Notes: generated by a model not told the origin, from the sequence alone. DNA of 64,000 nt from Pseudomonadota bacterium (GCA_038748365.1 JBCDIZ010000005.1:36092-100091), one strand, 5' to 3'. Shown: positions 1-9,244, counted from the stretch's first letter. Translations and numbers: made by a program.

Positions 1-50
1 AGCGCATAAGCGGGTGGCTCACGAATCATCAAAACGAGGACAGGCAAGCT

Positions 51-1106
51 ATGAACATCGAGAATAGCCGGGAATATTATGGTCAGGTGCTAGGCGGATC
101 GGATGATCTGAAGACTGATGCCTGTGTTACTGCCGAGCGTCCCCCAGAGGCCATCATACGGGCGCTGGCCAATGTCCATGAAGAGGTAAAGTCGCGCTAT
201 TATGGCTGCGGCTTGATTGCGCCACAGCAGCTTGAAGGTGCGCGCATTCTCGATCTCGGTTCGGGCTCGGGTCAGGACGCTTATATTCTGGCACAGCTGG
301 TGGGTGAACAGGGCGAAGTTGTCGGCGTGGATACCACTCCAGAGCAACTGGCAGTCGCCAATGCCCATATTGACTGGCACGCAGAGCGCTTCGGTTATGC
401 CAGTCCGAATGTTCGGTTTATTGAGGGCGATATTGAGAAGCTTGACTCTCTTGATCTTGAACCGGGCAGCTTTGATGTCATTGTTTCCAATTGTGTGATC
501 AATCTGGTTGCCGATAAGGGCAAGGTCTTCGGCGACGCGCATCGGTTGCTAAAACTCGGCGGCGAAATGTATTTCTCCGATGTCTATTCTGACCGCAGGG
601 TGCCGGAGCATTTGCTCAATGATCCGGTGTTGCACGGTGAGTGTCTCTCCGGCGCACTCTATTGGGGAGATTTTTTGGCGCTGGCGAAAATCGCAGGTTT
701 TACCGATCCGCGACTGGTTAAAGACCGCCCCCTGGGCATTGGCGACCCTGCGGTTGCCGCCAAGTTGGATGGCATTAATTTCTTCTCCGCCACATATCGC
801 CTGTTCAAGCTTGATGGGCTTGAGCCTGAGTGTGAGGATTACGGCCAGGCTGTGATATATAAGGGCGGGATCAGCGGTGAAGAACGCGTTTTCGCGCTCG
901 ACAAGCATCATATGATTGAGCGGGGCAAGGTTTTTCCGGTGTGCGGCAATAGCTGGAAGATGCTCGCCGATACGCGTTTTGCGAAATATTTTGATTTTAT
1001 CGGCGATTTCTCAAAACATTATGGCGTATTTGAGGGCTGCGGCACGGGTATGCCGTTTAATATGCCAAGCGAGGGTGGTGAGACTGCTCCGGCAAGCTGT
1101 TGCTGA
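51..1106 (+). CDS. arsM: Arsenite S-adenosylmethionine methyltransferase (AS3MT-like long form)
   Basis: SAM motif ILDLGSGSG. Cys pattern matches AS3MT/ArsM: DAC25, YYGC53G, SNC148VINL, GEC198LSGAL. C-terminal CC. Window edge is only 50 bp upstream. Confidence 0.85.
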   Translation: MNIENSREYYGQVLGGSDDLKTDACVTAERPPEAIIRALANVHEEVKSRYYGCGLIAPQQLEGARILDLGSGSGQDAYILAQLVGEQGEVVGVDTTPEQLAVANAHIDWHAERFGYASPNVRFIEGDIEKLDSLDLEPGSFDVIVSNCVINLVADKGKVFGDAHRLLKLGGEMYFSDVYSDRRVPEHLLNDPVLHGECLSGALYWGDFLALAKIAGFTDPRLVKDRPLGIGDPAVAAKLDGINFFSATYRLFKLDGLEPECEDYGQAVIYKGGISGEERVFALDKHHMIERGKVFPVCGNSWKMLADTRFAKYFDFIGDFSKHYGVFEGCGTGMPFNMPSEGGETAPASCC

Positions 1107-1126
1107 GTAGCAAAGAGACTGCACCT

Positions 1127-2143
1127 ATGCGTGTTTTATTGACAGGGGCGACAGGGCTAGTCGGTGGTGCACTGGCCGGTGCTTTGCTGGATTCAGGTCA
1201 TCACATCGTTGGCGTGCTGCGCGGCGAGGGTCGTACTATGCTTGACATGGATGGGCAGGACCGGGCGGCTGAAATCACGCCTTTGCAGGGAGATGTTACC
1301 CAACCTAGTTTCGGTCTTACTGGACTTCCAGATGATATTGATTTGGTTATCCATTGTGCCGCGACCACTGACTTTACCGCCAGCGATGCGGTTTATGAGA
1401 CGGTGAATATTGGCGGTGCGCGCAATGCGGTCGCGCTGGCGCAGCAGTTAGACGCGGCTTTGCTGCATGTTTCCACGGCGTATGTTTGTGGTCGGGCCGA
1501 TGGTCCGGTTTCAGAGATGCCAGCCAATCCTGAAGGCGATTTCACCAATGGCTATGAGCGTTCCAAGGCCATCGCTGAAAGCCACGTGATGCAGGCGCGC
1601 AAACAGGGCCTGGTCGCCGCGATTGCTCGGCCGAGCATCATTGTCGGGCGCTTGTCAGATGGCGCTATTCCGCGACAGGATGATTTCTATCATCTGTTTC
1701 GCCTGTTCGGTTCTCCGCTTTTGCAGCGCGTCCCGGCAATTGATGGCGCGGCTTTCGCGATTGTTCCGCTCGATCATGTGGTTTCCGGCTTGATGGAAAT
1801 GGCCGAAAACATGGCGCAGTTTGATGGCGATGCGGTGCATCTGGTTGCTGATAAACCTTTTCCGCTTGCCGATATGCTGGATATTGTCGCGGAATATGCG
1901 CGCGCGTCTCCGGCGGAGATCGTTCATCCTGATACGTACGATGTTGACCAACTCGACCGCCGCAGCCTGATGGTGCATCGCAAGGTTGGGGCGCAATTTT
2001 TTGAGTATTTTGCCCGGGTGCCCCTGTTTGAAAGCCGTGTTCTTGCAGAGAAGGCCGGGATTATTGCACCGCATATCGATAAAGCAGCGCTGCGGCGGAT
2101 GGTGGACTATTGCCATCGCACGGGGTTTTTGGATTGGCGCTGA
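1127..2143 (+). CDS. Extended SDR / NAD_binding_4 (male-sterility-like) oxidoreductase
   Basis: TGATGLVG Rossmann motif, HCAA, HVSTAYV, YERSK catalytic motif, RPSIIVG. ATG at 1127 preferred over the TTG at 1100. Confidence 0.8.
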   Translation: MRVLLTGATGLVGGALAGALLDSGHHIVGVLRGEGRTMLDMDGQDRAAEITPLQGDVTQPSFGLTGLPDDIDLVIHCAATTDFTASDAVYETVNIGGARNAVALAQQLDAALLHVSTAYVCGRADGPVSEMPANPEGDFTNGYERSKAIAESHVMQARKQGLVAAIARPSIIVGRLSDGAIPRQDDFYHLFRLFGSPLLQRVPAIDGAAFAIVPLDHVVSGLMEMAENMAQFDGDAVHLVADKPFPLADMLDIVAEYARASPAEIVHPDTYDVDQLDRRSLMVHRKVGAQFFEYFARVPLFESRVLAEKAGIIAPHIDKAALRRMVDYCHRTGFLDWR

Positions 2144-2887
2144 TTACCGGATATCCGGGTAAATATCCCCCAGCTTTTTGCGCACCCCAAAGCTCCACAT
2201 AATCCCGATCTTGAGATAGAGATAATTGGCCTTGAGCGGGCCCCAATGGGCGATGCGGCGGTCTGAAGTAATCACCGGCTTGCGCGTCATTTTCAGCTTG
2301 CCGCGTGTTGCCATGCCAATGCACAGGTCCGCTTCTTCCATAATCGTCGCATCATCCGGGATGCCACCGACGGCAAGAAAATCCTCGCGGCGGAAGAACA
2401 TCGCATGATCGCCGAACAGCAGCCGCACCCCGCGCACGAACAGATGTGGATGGGTGACAATCGGATACCAGGTCTTGATCCAGTTATGCAGCGTCGTGCC
2501 CCAACGGGTCTTTTTGCCACGGATAATCGGCAGGAAAGTACCGAGCGATATGGTGCGATTGCTGAGCGTCTGGCGCACATGGGTGATGGCATCAGGCGGC
2601 AGGATGCTATCGGCATGCAGGACAAGGACAATCGGCCCTTCTGCCTCTTCGACACCATGGTTGATCTGTGGACCACGGCCTTTTTTGGGTGCGATAATGG
2701 CGCGGAAACCGGCGTCTTTTGCCAGTTGCACCGTGGCATCCTTGCTACCGCCATCGACAAGTAGCACCTCATCGGGCGGCGGGTCCATCGCTGCGATATT
2801 GGCTATGGTTGCAGGCAAGGCCTCTTCCTCCTGCCATGTCGGGATCAGGATGGTGACAGGCTCGCCTGTTGCTTTCTGGGCAGTCAT
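2144..2887 (-). CDS. GT2 family glycosyltransferase (TIGR04283-like)
   Basis: ILIPTWQEE, VDGGSKD, LHADS, FGDHAMF, EEADL, TSDRR motifs. ATG at 2887 overlaps the upstream TGA (ATGA). Confidence 0.8.
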   Translation of the reverse strand: MTAQKATGEPVTILIPTWQEEEALPATIANIAAMDPPPDEVLLVDGGSKDATVQLAKDAGFRAIIAPKKGRGPQINHGVEEAEGPIVLVLHADSILPPDAITHVRQTLSNRTISLGTFLPIIRGKKTRWGTTLHNWIKTWYPIVTHPHLFVRGVRLLFGDHAMFFRREDFLAVGGIPDDATIMEEADLCIGMATRGKLKMTRKPVITSDRRIAHWGPLKANYLYLKIGIMWSFGVRKKLGDIYPDIR

Positions 2888-3501
2888 GGCGGCAGGCTTT
2901 CGACAAGCGCAGGCCAGCGCGTCAGGTCTTCGGGGCGGTCGCAATCGGCCAGTGTCTCCAGCATCACCGGGGCAATAGCCATCGCCTCCAGCCGCGCCAA
3001 GGTTGTCGGCAGAACCTTATCGGTACTCCATGGCATATCGCGGAACAGATCGGGCAGCGGACGCACCATACCGATCAGATAATAACCGCCATCCTCTGCC
3101 GGGCCAATAACCACCTGATGCGTTTCTAACGCGACAACAGCTTTTTGGACAATTTCGACGGTCAGATCGGGTGTATCGGCACCAAAAAATATCTGAGGGC
3201 CCGTGCCGAGCGCCGCGAGCAGGCGATTGGTCAAATCGCCTTCAGGCTGCTCGGCATAATCGGGCGTATCGCCCAGCCATTCGCGAAAGGCCATTTCCTC
3301 TTCTCCTGCATAATGCGCCACCACCGGCTGTCCGCTGGCAATCAGCGTGGCGCAGGTCCGATGCGCCAAAGTACGATGCAGCGCTGCGGCACCTGTCTCT
3401 CCCAGTGCGGGTATCAGCCGTGTCTTGGCATAGCCGGGCACCGGATATTTGGCGAAGAGACGAAGCGTTGCAAATTTTTGATCAGTTGATGATGGCATCA
3501 T
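2884..3501 (-). CDS. DUF2064 / TIGR04282-type glycosyltransferase-like protein
   Basis: FAKYPVPGYAKTRL, Q-x-GDL, GADTPDL, GPAEDGGYYLIG, PWST, LADCDRPEDL. The listed 395-aa ORF is over-extended; the start is near ATG 3501. Confidence 0.8.
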   Translation of the reverse strand: MMPSSTDQKFATLRLFAKYPVPGYAKTRLIPALGETGAAALHRTLAHRTCATLIASGQPVVAHYAGEEEMAFREWLGDTPDYAEQPEGDLTNRLLAALGTGPQIFFGADTPDLTVEIVQKAVVALETHQVVIGPAEDGGYYLIGMVRPLPDLFRDMPWSTDKVLPTTLARLEAMAIAPVMLETLADCDRPEDLTRWPALVESLPP

Positions 3502-3531
3502 TGAACGCTTTAGCGGAAAACTGGTGCCGAT

Positions 3532-3678
3532 CCAATTCCTCCCCGGCACGGGGAGGTGGCACGCCGTAGCTTTAGCGAAGGCGTGACGGAGGGGGTTCTC
3601 CTCTCGCGCAGCGCCATGCGGACAGCCCCCTCCACCATGCTGCGCATGGTCCCCCTCCCCGTGCCGGGGAGGAATTGG
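3532..3678. repeat. REP/MITE-like palindromic element with 25-bp terminal inverted repeats
   Basis: CCAATTCCTCCCCGGCACGGGGAGG (3532-3556) and its exact reverse complement CCTCCCCGTGCCGGGGAGGAATTGG (3654-3678), with internal hairpins. Intergenic. Confidence 0.8.
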
Positions 3679-3750
3679 TAAGAAACAAAACTTGCATTCA
3701 TCGCAGGCGCTGATCATGGTGCGCGGCCATTCCCGCTTAAGGATAGCATC

Positions 3751-4383
3751 ATGTCCGAGATTGTCCTGTATGACTATTTCCGCTCGACCGCGGCCTATCG
3801 GGTGCGGCTGGCGCTCAATTTGAAGGGCGTGGACTATCGCACCGAATGGGTCAATCTCGTCGATGGTGATCAGCGCAGCGCCTCTTACACAGCGCGCAAT
3901 CCGCAGGGGCTGGTGCCGATGTTGCAGATTGATGGCCATGACCTCAGCCAGTCGCTGGCGATTATCGATTATCTTGATGCGCGCTTCCCCGCACCGCGCA
4001 TGCTCCCTGAAGACCCGGCCGCGCGGGCCAAAGTACTGGCCGATGCCATGGGGATCATCGCCGATATCCATCCGATCAACAATTTGCGCGTCTGGCAGTA
4101 TTTGAAAGACCCGTTCGGCCGTTCACAGGATGATGTGGTGCAATGGATGCATTATTGGATGACTTTGGGCTATACCGCGCTGGAACAGGCGGCGCCGGAG
4201 CAGGGCGTTTTTGGTGGCGAGACCCCGAACCTCACCGATATCTGCCTGACCGCGCAAATGTATAATGCCGAGCGTTTTGGCTTGCCTATGGAGGCGTTTC
4301 CCAAGCTGAGGCGTATTCATGCTGAGCTTGGCGAATTGGAAGCATTCAAAGCCGCTCACCCTGACAGGATTGCCACCGAATAA
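3751..4383 (+). CDS. maiA: Maleylacetoacetate isomerase (GST zeta)
   Basis: LYDYFRSTAAYRVR, NPQGLVP, QSLAIIDYLD, DIHPINNLRV. Located in the hppD/FAH neighbourhood. Confidence 0.92.
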   Translation: MSEIVLYDYFRSTAAYRVRLALNLKGVDYRTEWVNLVDGDQRSASYTARNPQGLVPMLQIDGHDLSQSLAIIDYLDARFPAPRMLPEDPAARAKVLADAMGIIADIHPINNLRVWQYLKDPFGRSQDDVVQWMHYWMTLGYTALEQAAPEQGVFGGETPNLTDICLTAQMYNAERFGLPMEAFPKLRRIHAELGELEAFKAAHPDRIATE

Positions 4384-6590
4384 TGTCTTTGCGTTTTTTG
4401 TTTTCTACTGCCTCGATATCCATTCTCGCATTGGCTGGGACACCTGCTGCAGCCATTGCACAGGATCAGCCAGACCCATGCCTGTTGATCGATTGCACCC
4501 CAGATGATGGCAATGAACAATCAGTCGAAGTTATCGATCCATCTACCATTACGTTGGAAAACATTACCGTTCTAGGTGCTCCGCTTGATGATCCGCTGGG
4601 CGATAAGGCCTATGCCGTCAGCGAAATAGGGCCGCGGGAATTGGCCAATGAAGCTAGCGGACGCATCGAAAATGCCTTGCGCAATGTGCCGGGCCTGCAG
4701 CAATTTCGTCGTTCGGATTCACGCTCGGCCAACCCGACCAGCCAGGGCGTAACCCTGCGCGGGCTCGGCGGCAACGCTGCCAGCCGCGCTTTGCTGACAC
4801 TGGATGGTGTGCCGCAGGCCGATCCCTTTGGCGGCTGGGTCAGCTTTCCAGGCTATGATGCAATGGCGATTGAGAATGTTCGCGTCCGCCGAGGCGGCGG
4901 CACAGGCAGCGATGGTGCTGGAGCCTTGGCTGGGACGATCGAGTTACGAACAAGAACACTACCAAACCCTGATCTGTTAAATGATTTGCCAATGCCTTCG
5001 AGGGAAATTGAGGGAACTTTGCGCTATGGCAGCCGCGACAGCTTGGAAGCCAATATCGCCGCCGAGCAGAAGCTGGGAACCGGCGGGCTGACCTTCTCAG
5101 CGCAATATGCGCGCGGCGATGGCTTTATCCCGGTGATTGAGGAACAGCGCGGCAGCGTTGATCGTCCGGCGGAGTACCAGCAATATGGCTTTGGCGCGCG
5201 TTTTGTCGCGCCATTGAGCGACGATACCGAGATACAGGCCAATATCCGCGCCTATAGCGATGAGCGCGAGCGCGGCTTTGCCTTTAGCGACAACCGCAAT
5301 GATGGCGCCGATGCGTCGGTACGGCTGGTGTCGCGCGGGCGTTGGCAATGGGAGGCGCTGGCCTATCTGCAGTTGCGCGAATTTCAGACCAGCTTTGGTG
5401 CTGTCGAGGCGGAGCGCAATTCTGTGCGGCAGGTGCTTGATCAGTTTAACGTGCCTTCGACGGGGCTGGGCGCAAAGTTCGAGATCCGCCCGCCAGTAGG
5501 CGACAATGCCGAGCTGCGTATAGGCGGCGATTGGCGGCGCACTGTCGGTGAGACGAATGAGCGCTTCTTCTTCCAAAATGCTGCGCCCTTGCGCGGGCGC
5601 AATGCCGGTGGGCGCACCGATACGCTGGGCGGCTATGTTGAGGCGAGTTGGCAGGTGACGCCGACATTTTTGCTCACCGGCGGCGGGCGACTGGATTATT
5701 GGTCGATTGCCAATGGTTTCCGTCGCGAATTTGAACTGGCGCCTGATATTGCCGGGCAGATTCGCAGTGATGACAGCTTTGCCGATCGTGATGGCATTGA
5801 AGGCACGGGGCGGATCGGCTTTGCCTATAATGCCGCCAGCCTGTTGACGCTGCGCGGTGCGGCCTATCTTGGCTGGCGCTTGCCGACGCTGAACGAGCTG
5901 TACCGGCCTTTCCGCGTTGGCGCCGATGCCACTGCCGCCAATGAATTGCTCGAACCCGAGCGTTTGCGCGGGGTGGAATTGGGTCTCGACTGGGAAATCT
6001 ATACGCTGCGGTTCAGCGGCACGGTGTTCTATAACCAGCTCGACAATGCCATTGCCAATGTGACGCTCGATAGCGGCCCCGGCCTGTTCCCCGGTGTCGG
6101 CTTTGTCTCAGGGGCAGGGGTGTTTCGCCAGCGCCAGAATCTGGATGCTGTCGATGCGTTGGGTGTCGAGATTGATGCCGCGATTGATATTGGCGCGTTC
6201 AGCATGTCGGTGGGTTACGCTTATGTCGATAGCGAAGTCGCGGGTAATGCCGGCGCGCAGGCGGCGATTGACGGGCTGCGTCCGGCGCAGGTGCCGCAGC
6301 ATTTTGCCAATGCCGCGCTCGACTGGCAGCCGCGCCGCAGCGATATCAGCGCCGGCGTCACGCTGCGCTATATTGGCAGCCAGTTTGAGGACGACAGCAA
6401 TACGCGCCTGCTTGATGATGCCTTCACCCTCGATGCGCGCGCCAGCTATGGTCTGAGCGATACGCTGATGCTGGAGGGCTGGGTGGAAAATCTTTTCGAT
6501 GCAGAAGTGCAGGCGGGGATCAGCGGTGCAGGTGTGGTCGAACGCGCCCGACCGCAAACCTTCTGGCTCGGCCTGAATGTGCGGCTGTGA
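4383..6590 (+). CDS. TonB-dependent receptor
   Basis: Signal peptide, plug motif (LRGLGGNAASRALLTLDGVP), beta-strand alternation, C-terminal ENLFD...FWLGLNVRL. TAATG overlap with maiA. Confidence 0.9.
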   Translation: MSLRFLFSTASISILALAGTPAAAIAQDQPDPCLLIDCTPDDGNEQSVEVIDPSTITLENITVLGAPLDDPLGDKAYAVSEIGPRELANEASGRIENALRNVPGLQQFRRSDSRSANPTSQGVTLRGLGGNAASRALLTLDGVPQADPFGGWVSFPGYDAMAIENVRVRRGGGTGSDGAGALAGTIELRTRTLPNPDLLNDLPMPSREIEGTLRYGSRDSLEANIAAEQKLGTGGLTFSAQYARGDGFIPVIEEQRGSVDRPAEYQQYGFGARFVAPLSDDTEIQANIRAYSDERERGFAFSDNRNDGADASVRLVSRGRWQWEALAYLQLREFQTSFGAVEAERNSVRQVLDQFNVPSTGLGAKFEIRPPVGDNAELRIGGDWRRTVGETNERFFFQNAAPLRGRNAGGRTDTLGGYVEASWQVTPTFLLTGGGRLDYWSIANGFRREFELAPDIAGQIRSDDSFADRDGIEGTGRIGFAYNAASLLTLRGAAYLGWRLPTLNELYRPFRVGADATAANELLEPERLRGVELGLDWEIYTLRFSGTVFYNQLDNAIANVTLDSGPGLFPGVGFVSGAGVFRQRQNLDAVDALGVEIDAAIDIGAFSMSVGYAYVDSEVAGNAGAQAAIDGLRPAQVPQHFANAALDWQPRRSDISAGVTLRYIGSQFEDDSNTRLLDDAFTLDARASYGLSDTLMLEGWVENLFDAEVQAGISGAGVVERARPQTFWLGLNVRL

Positions 6591-7048
6591 TGTCTGAGAG
6601 TAACCGCAAAAGGCTGGCGGATTTTCTGCCCTATCAGCTTTCGATCACCACCAATGCGGTCAGCAATCTCATCGCCGAGGAATATCGCAGCCGCTTTGGC
6701 CTTAAAATCACCGAGTGGCGGATAATGGCGGTGCTGGGCGATCTGGAACAGGTGACACAGCGCGAACTGGTGGCCGTCACCCGGATGGACAAGGTCGCGG
6801 TCAATCGTGCCTGCAAGGCTCTGGTCGAGCGCAAGCTGATCGCCCGCGCGCCCCATGCCAGCGATGGCCGCTCGCACCAGCTGGCGCTAACGGTGACGGG
6901 TGCAGAGCTTTATGGCGAAATCATGCCGCTGGCCGAGGATATGGAACGACGGATTTTCGCGGTGCTTTCGGCGGAAGAGGAAGCACAGATGCGCGATATG
7001 CTGACCCGCCTGCGTGAGGCGAGCGATGCTTTGCGGGGTGAGGAATAG
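6587..7048 (+). CDS. MarR family transcriptional regulator
   Basis: FLPYQLS, EWRIMAVL, DKVAVNRA, DGRS winged-helix motifs. Overlaps the TBDR stop. Confidence 0.9.
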   Translation: MMSESNRKRLADFLPYQLSITTNAVSNLIAEEYRSRFGLKITEWRIMAVLGDLEQVTQRELVAVTRMDKVAVNRACKALVERKLIARAPHASDGRSHQLALTVTGAELYGEIMPLAEDMERRIFAVLSAEEEAQMRDMLTRLREASDALRGEE

Positions 7049-7065
7049 AGAACTTGCTTCACTAT

Positions 7066-7146
7066 AATCCGTTCGCCTTTAGCGAAGTCGAGAGGCCGGT
7101 GCAACTGGAGAGCTGTGTATCGACTGCGCTCGACACGAACGGGATT
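7066..7146. repeat. REP-like imperfect palindrome (CCGTTCG...CGAACGG type)
   Basis: ATCCGTTCG...AGTCGAGA paired with ATCGACTGCGCTCGACACGAACGGGAT. Lies between convergent genes. Confidence 0.65.
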
Positions 7147-7174
7147 ATTTCAAAACTAACTCTCAAATTCCGCG

Positions 7175-7846
7175 TTAAGCCGCCTCCGCCTGTTGAACAC
7201 TATCTGACAGTTTCTGCGCCAAGTCGCGATTGATGCGGGCGCGCAGGGCGTTGTCGATATCGGGCCATTTTGCGCACAGCTTGCGCAAGGCGGCGCTGTC
7301 CCAGGCGAGTATTTCAGCATTGTCGCTGCTGATCACCGTGGCGCTGGCCGGGCCGTTGAGCAGCCAGGCGACCTCGCCGATAAAATTATTCTCTCGCAAC
7401 GGGAAGCTATCGCGGCCCTTGCTCACATGTACGATGCCGTCCGTTATGAAATAGAGCCTTTCGGGGATTTGCCCTTCCAGAGTCAGCCGCAAATCCTGCT
7501 CACCCGAAAGCCGGGTTGCCGCTTTGAGCAGGCGGCGGAACTGGCCGGGATTGAAATTGTCGAAACGGCTATAGAGCGCCTTGTCCTCATCGCTCATGCC
7601 CCAGGTGGTGCGCTCCAGAGCGATGCGCCCCATCACCACGACATTGGCGATGGTCATCAACATTGTAGAACCGATGGCAATCCACAAGGTCACCTCGGGC
7701 ACGAAGAGATAATAGGCGATGTAAAAGCCGTTGCCGATCAGCGTTAATATGCGCAGCGTCAGCTCGCCGCGCACCGCAAAGGCGATGATGTAGATGATCG
7801 CGCCGATATTGATCAGGATTGTGCCGTCAGACCAGCCCATAATCAT
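7175..7846 (-). CDS. Membrane protein with cyclic-nucleotide-binding (Popeye-like) domain
   Basis: Three N-terminal hydrophobic segments followed by LYFITDG...FIGEVAWL...ASATV CNBD motifs. No DNA-binding HTH. Confidence 0.7.
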   Translation of the reverse strand: MIMGWSDGTILINIGAIIYIIAFAVRGELTLRILTLIGNGFYIAYYLFVPEVTLWIAIGSTMLMTIANVVVMGRIALERTTWGMSDEDKALYSRFDNFNPGQFRRLLKAATRLSGEQDLRLTLEGQIPERLYFITDGIVHVSKGRDSFPLRENNFIGEVAWLLNGPASATVISSDNAEILAWDSAALRKLCAKWPDIDNALRARINRDLAQKLSDSVQQAEAA

Positions 7847-7956
7847 GCTCCCTGCCCATGGAGATATTATGCGACCTTTATGGCACTGCTATAACCGCTG
7901 CGCGCAATTTGGAAAAGACATGCAAAAGCGCATTGCAGAATCGGTGCAAAAGGAAT

Positions 7957-7976
7957 ATAGTTACAGATGATACTAT
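7957..7976. promoter_or_regulatory. Candidate MarR operator upstream of hppD
   Basis: Imperfect 20-bp palindrome ATAGTTACAG/ATGATACTAT about 35 bp before the hppD start. Confidence 0.5.
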
Positions 7977-8011
7977 TTTCAGATCACCCCTAATCTGTGG
8001 AGACCCTGCTG

Positions 8012-9139
8012 ATGAACGCCCCTGTGACTGCAAAAGCCTCTGATGTTGCCAACCCCGCCGGTCTGGACGGGTTTGAGTTTATCGAATTCTGCGCCCCCGA
8101 AAAGGGCCAGCTCGAGCCGGTATTTGAAGCCATGGGCTTTTCCCATGTCGCAACGCACCGTAGCAAGCAGGTGCATCTTTGGCGTCAGGGTGGCATCAAT
8201 CTGATCATCAACTATGAGCCGCGCAGCGCGGCCTGGTATTTTGCCCGTGAACATGGTCCTTCGGCTTGCGGCATGGCCTTCCGTGTGCATGATGCCGCCA
8301 AGGCCTATGATCATCTGATCGCCGCCGGAGCTGAGCCGGTGCATGTCGAAACCGGCCCGATGGAACTGCGCCTGCCCGCCATTCGCGGCATTGGCGGCGC
8401 GATTCTGTATCTGGTGGATCGCTATGAGGGTAAGGCAGGCAAGGATGATCTGACCATCTACGATATCGATTTTGAATATCTACCCGGTGTTGACCGCCGC
8501 CCCGAAGGCGCGGGCTTCCAGCTGATCGATCACCTGACGCACAACGTCTATACCGGCCGCATGACCTATTGGGCCGATTATTATGAGAAGCTGTTCAATT
8601 TCCGCGAGATCCGCTTTTTCGACATTAAGGGCGAATATACCGGCCTGACCTCCAAGGCGCTGACCGCGCCTGACGGCAAGATCAAAATCCCGCTCAATGA
8701 AGAAGGCGAGGGCGGCAAGGGTCAGATTGAGGAATTTCTGCGTGCATTTAACGGCGAGGGCATCCAGCATATCGCTCTGATTTGTGATGATCTGGTCGGC
8801 TGCTGGGACCGGCTGAAGAAACTCGGTGTGCCGTTCATGACCGCACCGCCGGCGACCTATTATGAGATGCTCGATGAGCGTCTGCCCGGCCATGGTGAGA
8901 ACCCGGATGAGCTGAAAATGCGCGGCATCTTGCTCGATGGCACCACCGAAGGTGGTAACGCACGTCTGCTGCTGCAAATCTTTGCCGAGCCGCAAATCGG
9001 TCCGGTGTTCTTTGAATTTATCCAGCGCAAGGGCGATGACGGCTTTGGCGAGGGCAATTTCAAGGCGCTGTTCGAAAGTATCGAGCGCGACCAGATCGCG
9101 CGCGGTGTGCTGGATGCAGACAAGGCTCCGGCGGAGTAA
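8012..9139 (+). CDS. hppD: 4-hydroxyphenylpyruvate dioxygenase
   Basis: [59 protein letters not shown] at 8012. Confidence 0.96.
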   Translation: MNAPVTAKASDVANPAGLDGFEFIEFCAPEKGQLEPVFEAMGFSHVATHRSKQVHLWRQGGINLIINYEPRSAAWYFAREHGPSACGMAFRVHDAAKAYDHLIAAGAEPVHVETGPMELRLPAIRGIGGAILYLVDRYEGKAGKDDLTIYDIDFEYLPGVDRRPEGAGFQLIDHLTHNVYTGRMTYWADYYEKLFNFREIRFFDIKGEYTGLTSKALTAPDGKIKIPLNEEGEGGKGQIEEFLRAFNGEGIQHIALICDDLVGCWDRLKKLGVPFMTAPPATYYEMLDERLPGHGENPDELKMRGILLDGTTEGGNARLLLQIFAEPQIGPVFFEFIQRKGDDGFGEGNFKALFESIERDQIARGVLDADKAPAE

Positions 9140-9146
9140 GAAAAAT

Positions 9147-9229
9147 CGTCATTGCGAGCGCAGCGAAGCAATCCAGGGCCGCACGAGCTCGCTCTGGATT
9201 GCTTCGTCGCTTCACTCCTCGCAATGACG
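9147..9229. repeat. REP-like palindrome (GTCATTGCGAG...CTCGCAATGAC type)
   Basis: CGTCATTGCGAG..GAAGCAATCCAG pairs with CTGGATTGCTTC..CTCGCAATGACG. Ends just before the VOC gene RBS. Confidence 0.8.
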
Positions 9230-9244
9230 TATAGGAGACCCTAA

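Noticed and set aside
2884-4071. 395-aa ORF suggesting a novel N-terminal extension on DUF2064
   Set aside because: The extension is antisense to maiA and runs through the palindromic repeat. Recognisable DUF2064 sequence starts only near ATG 3501.
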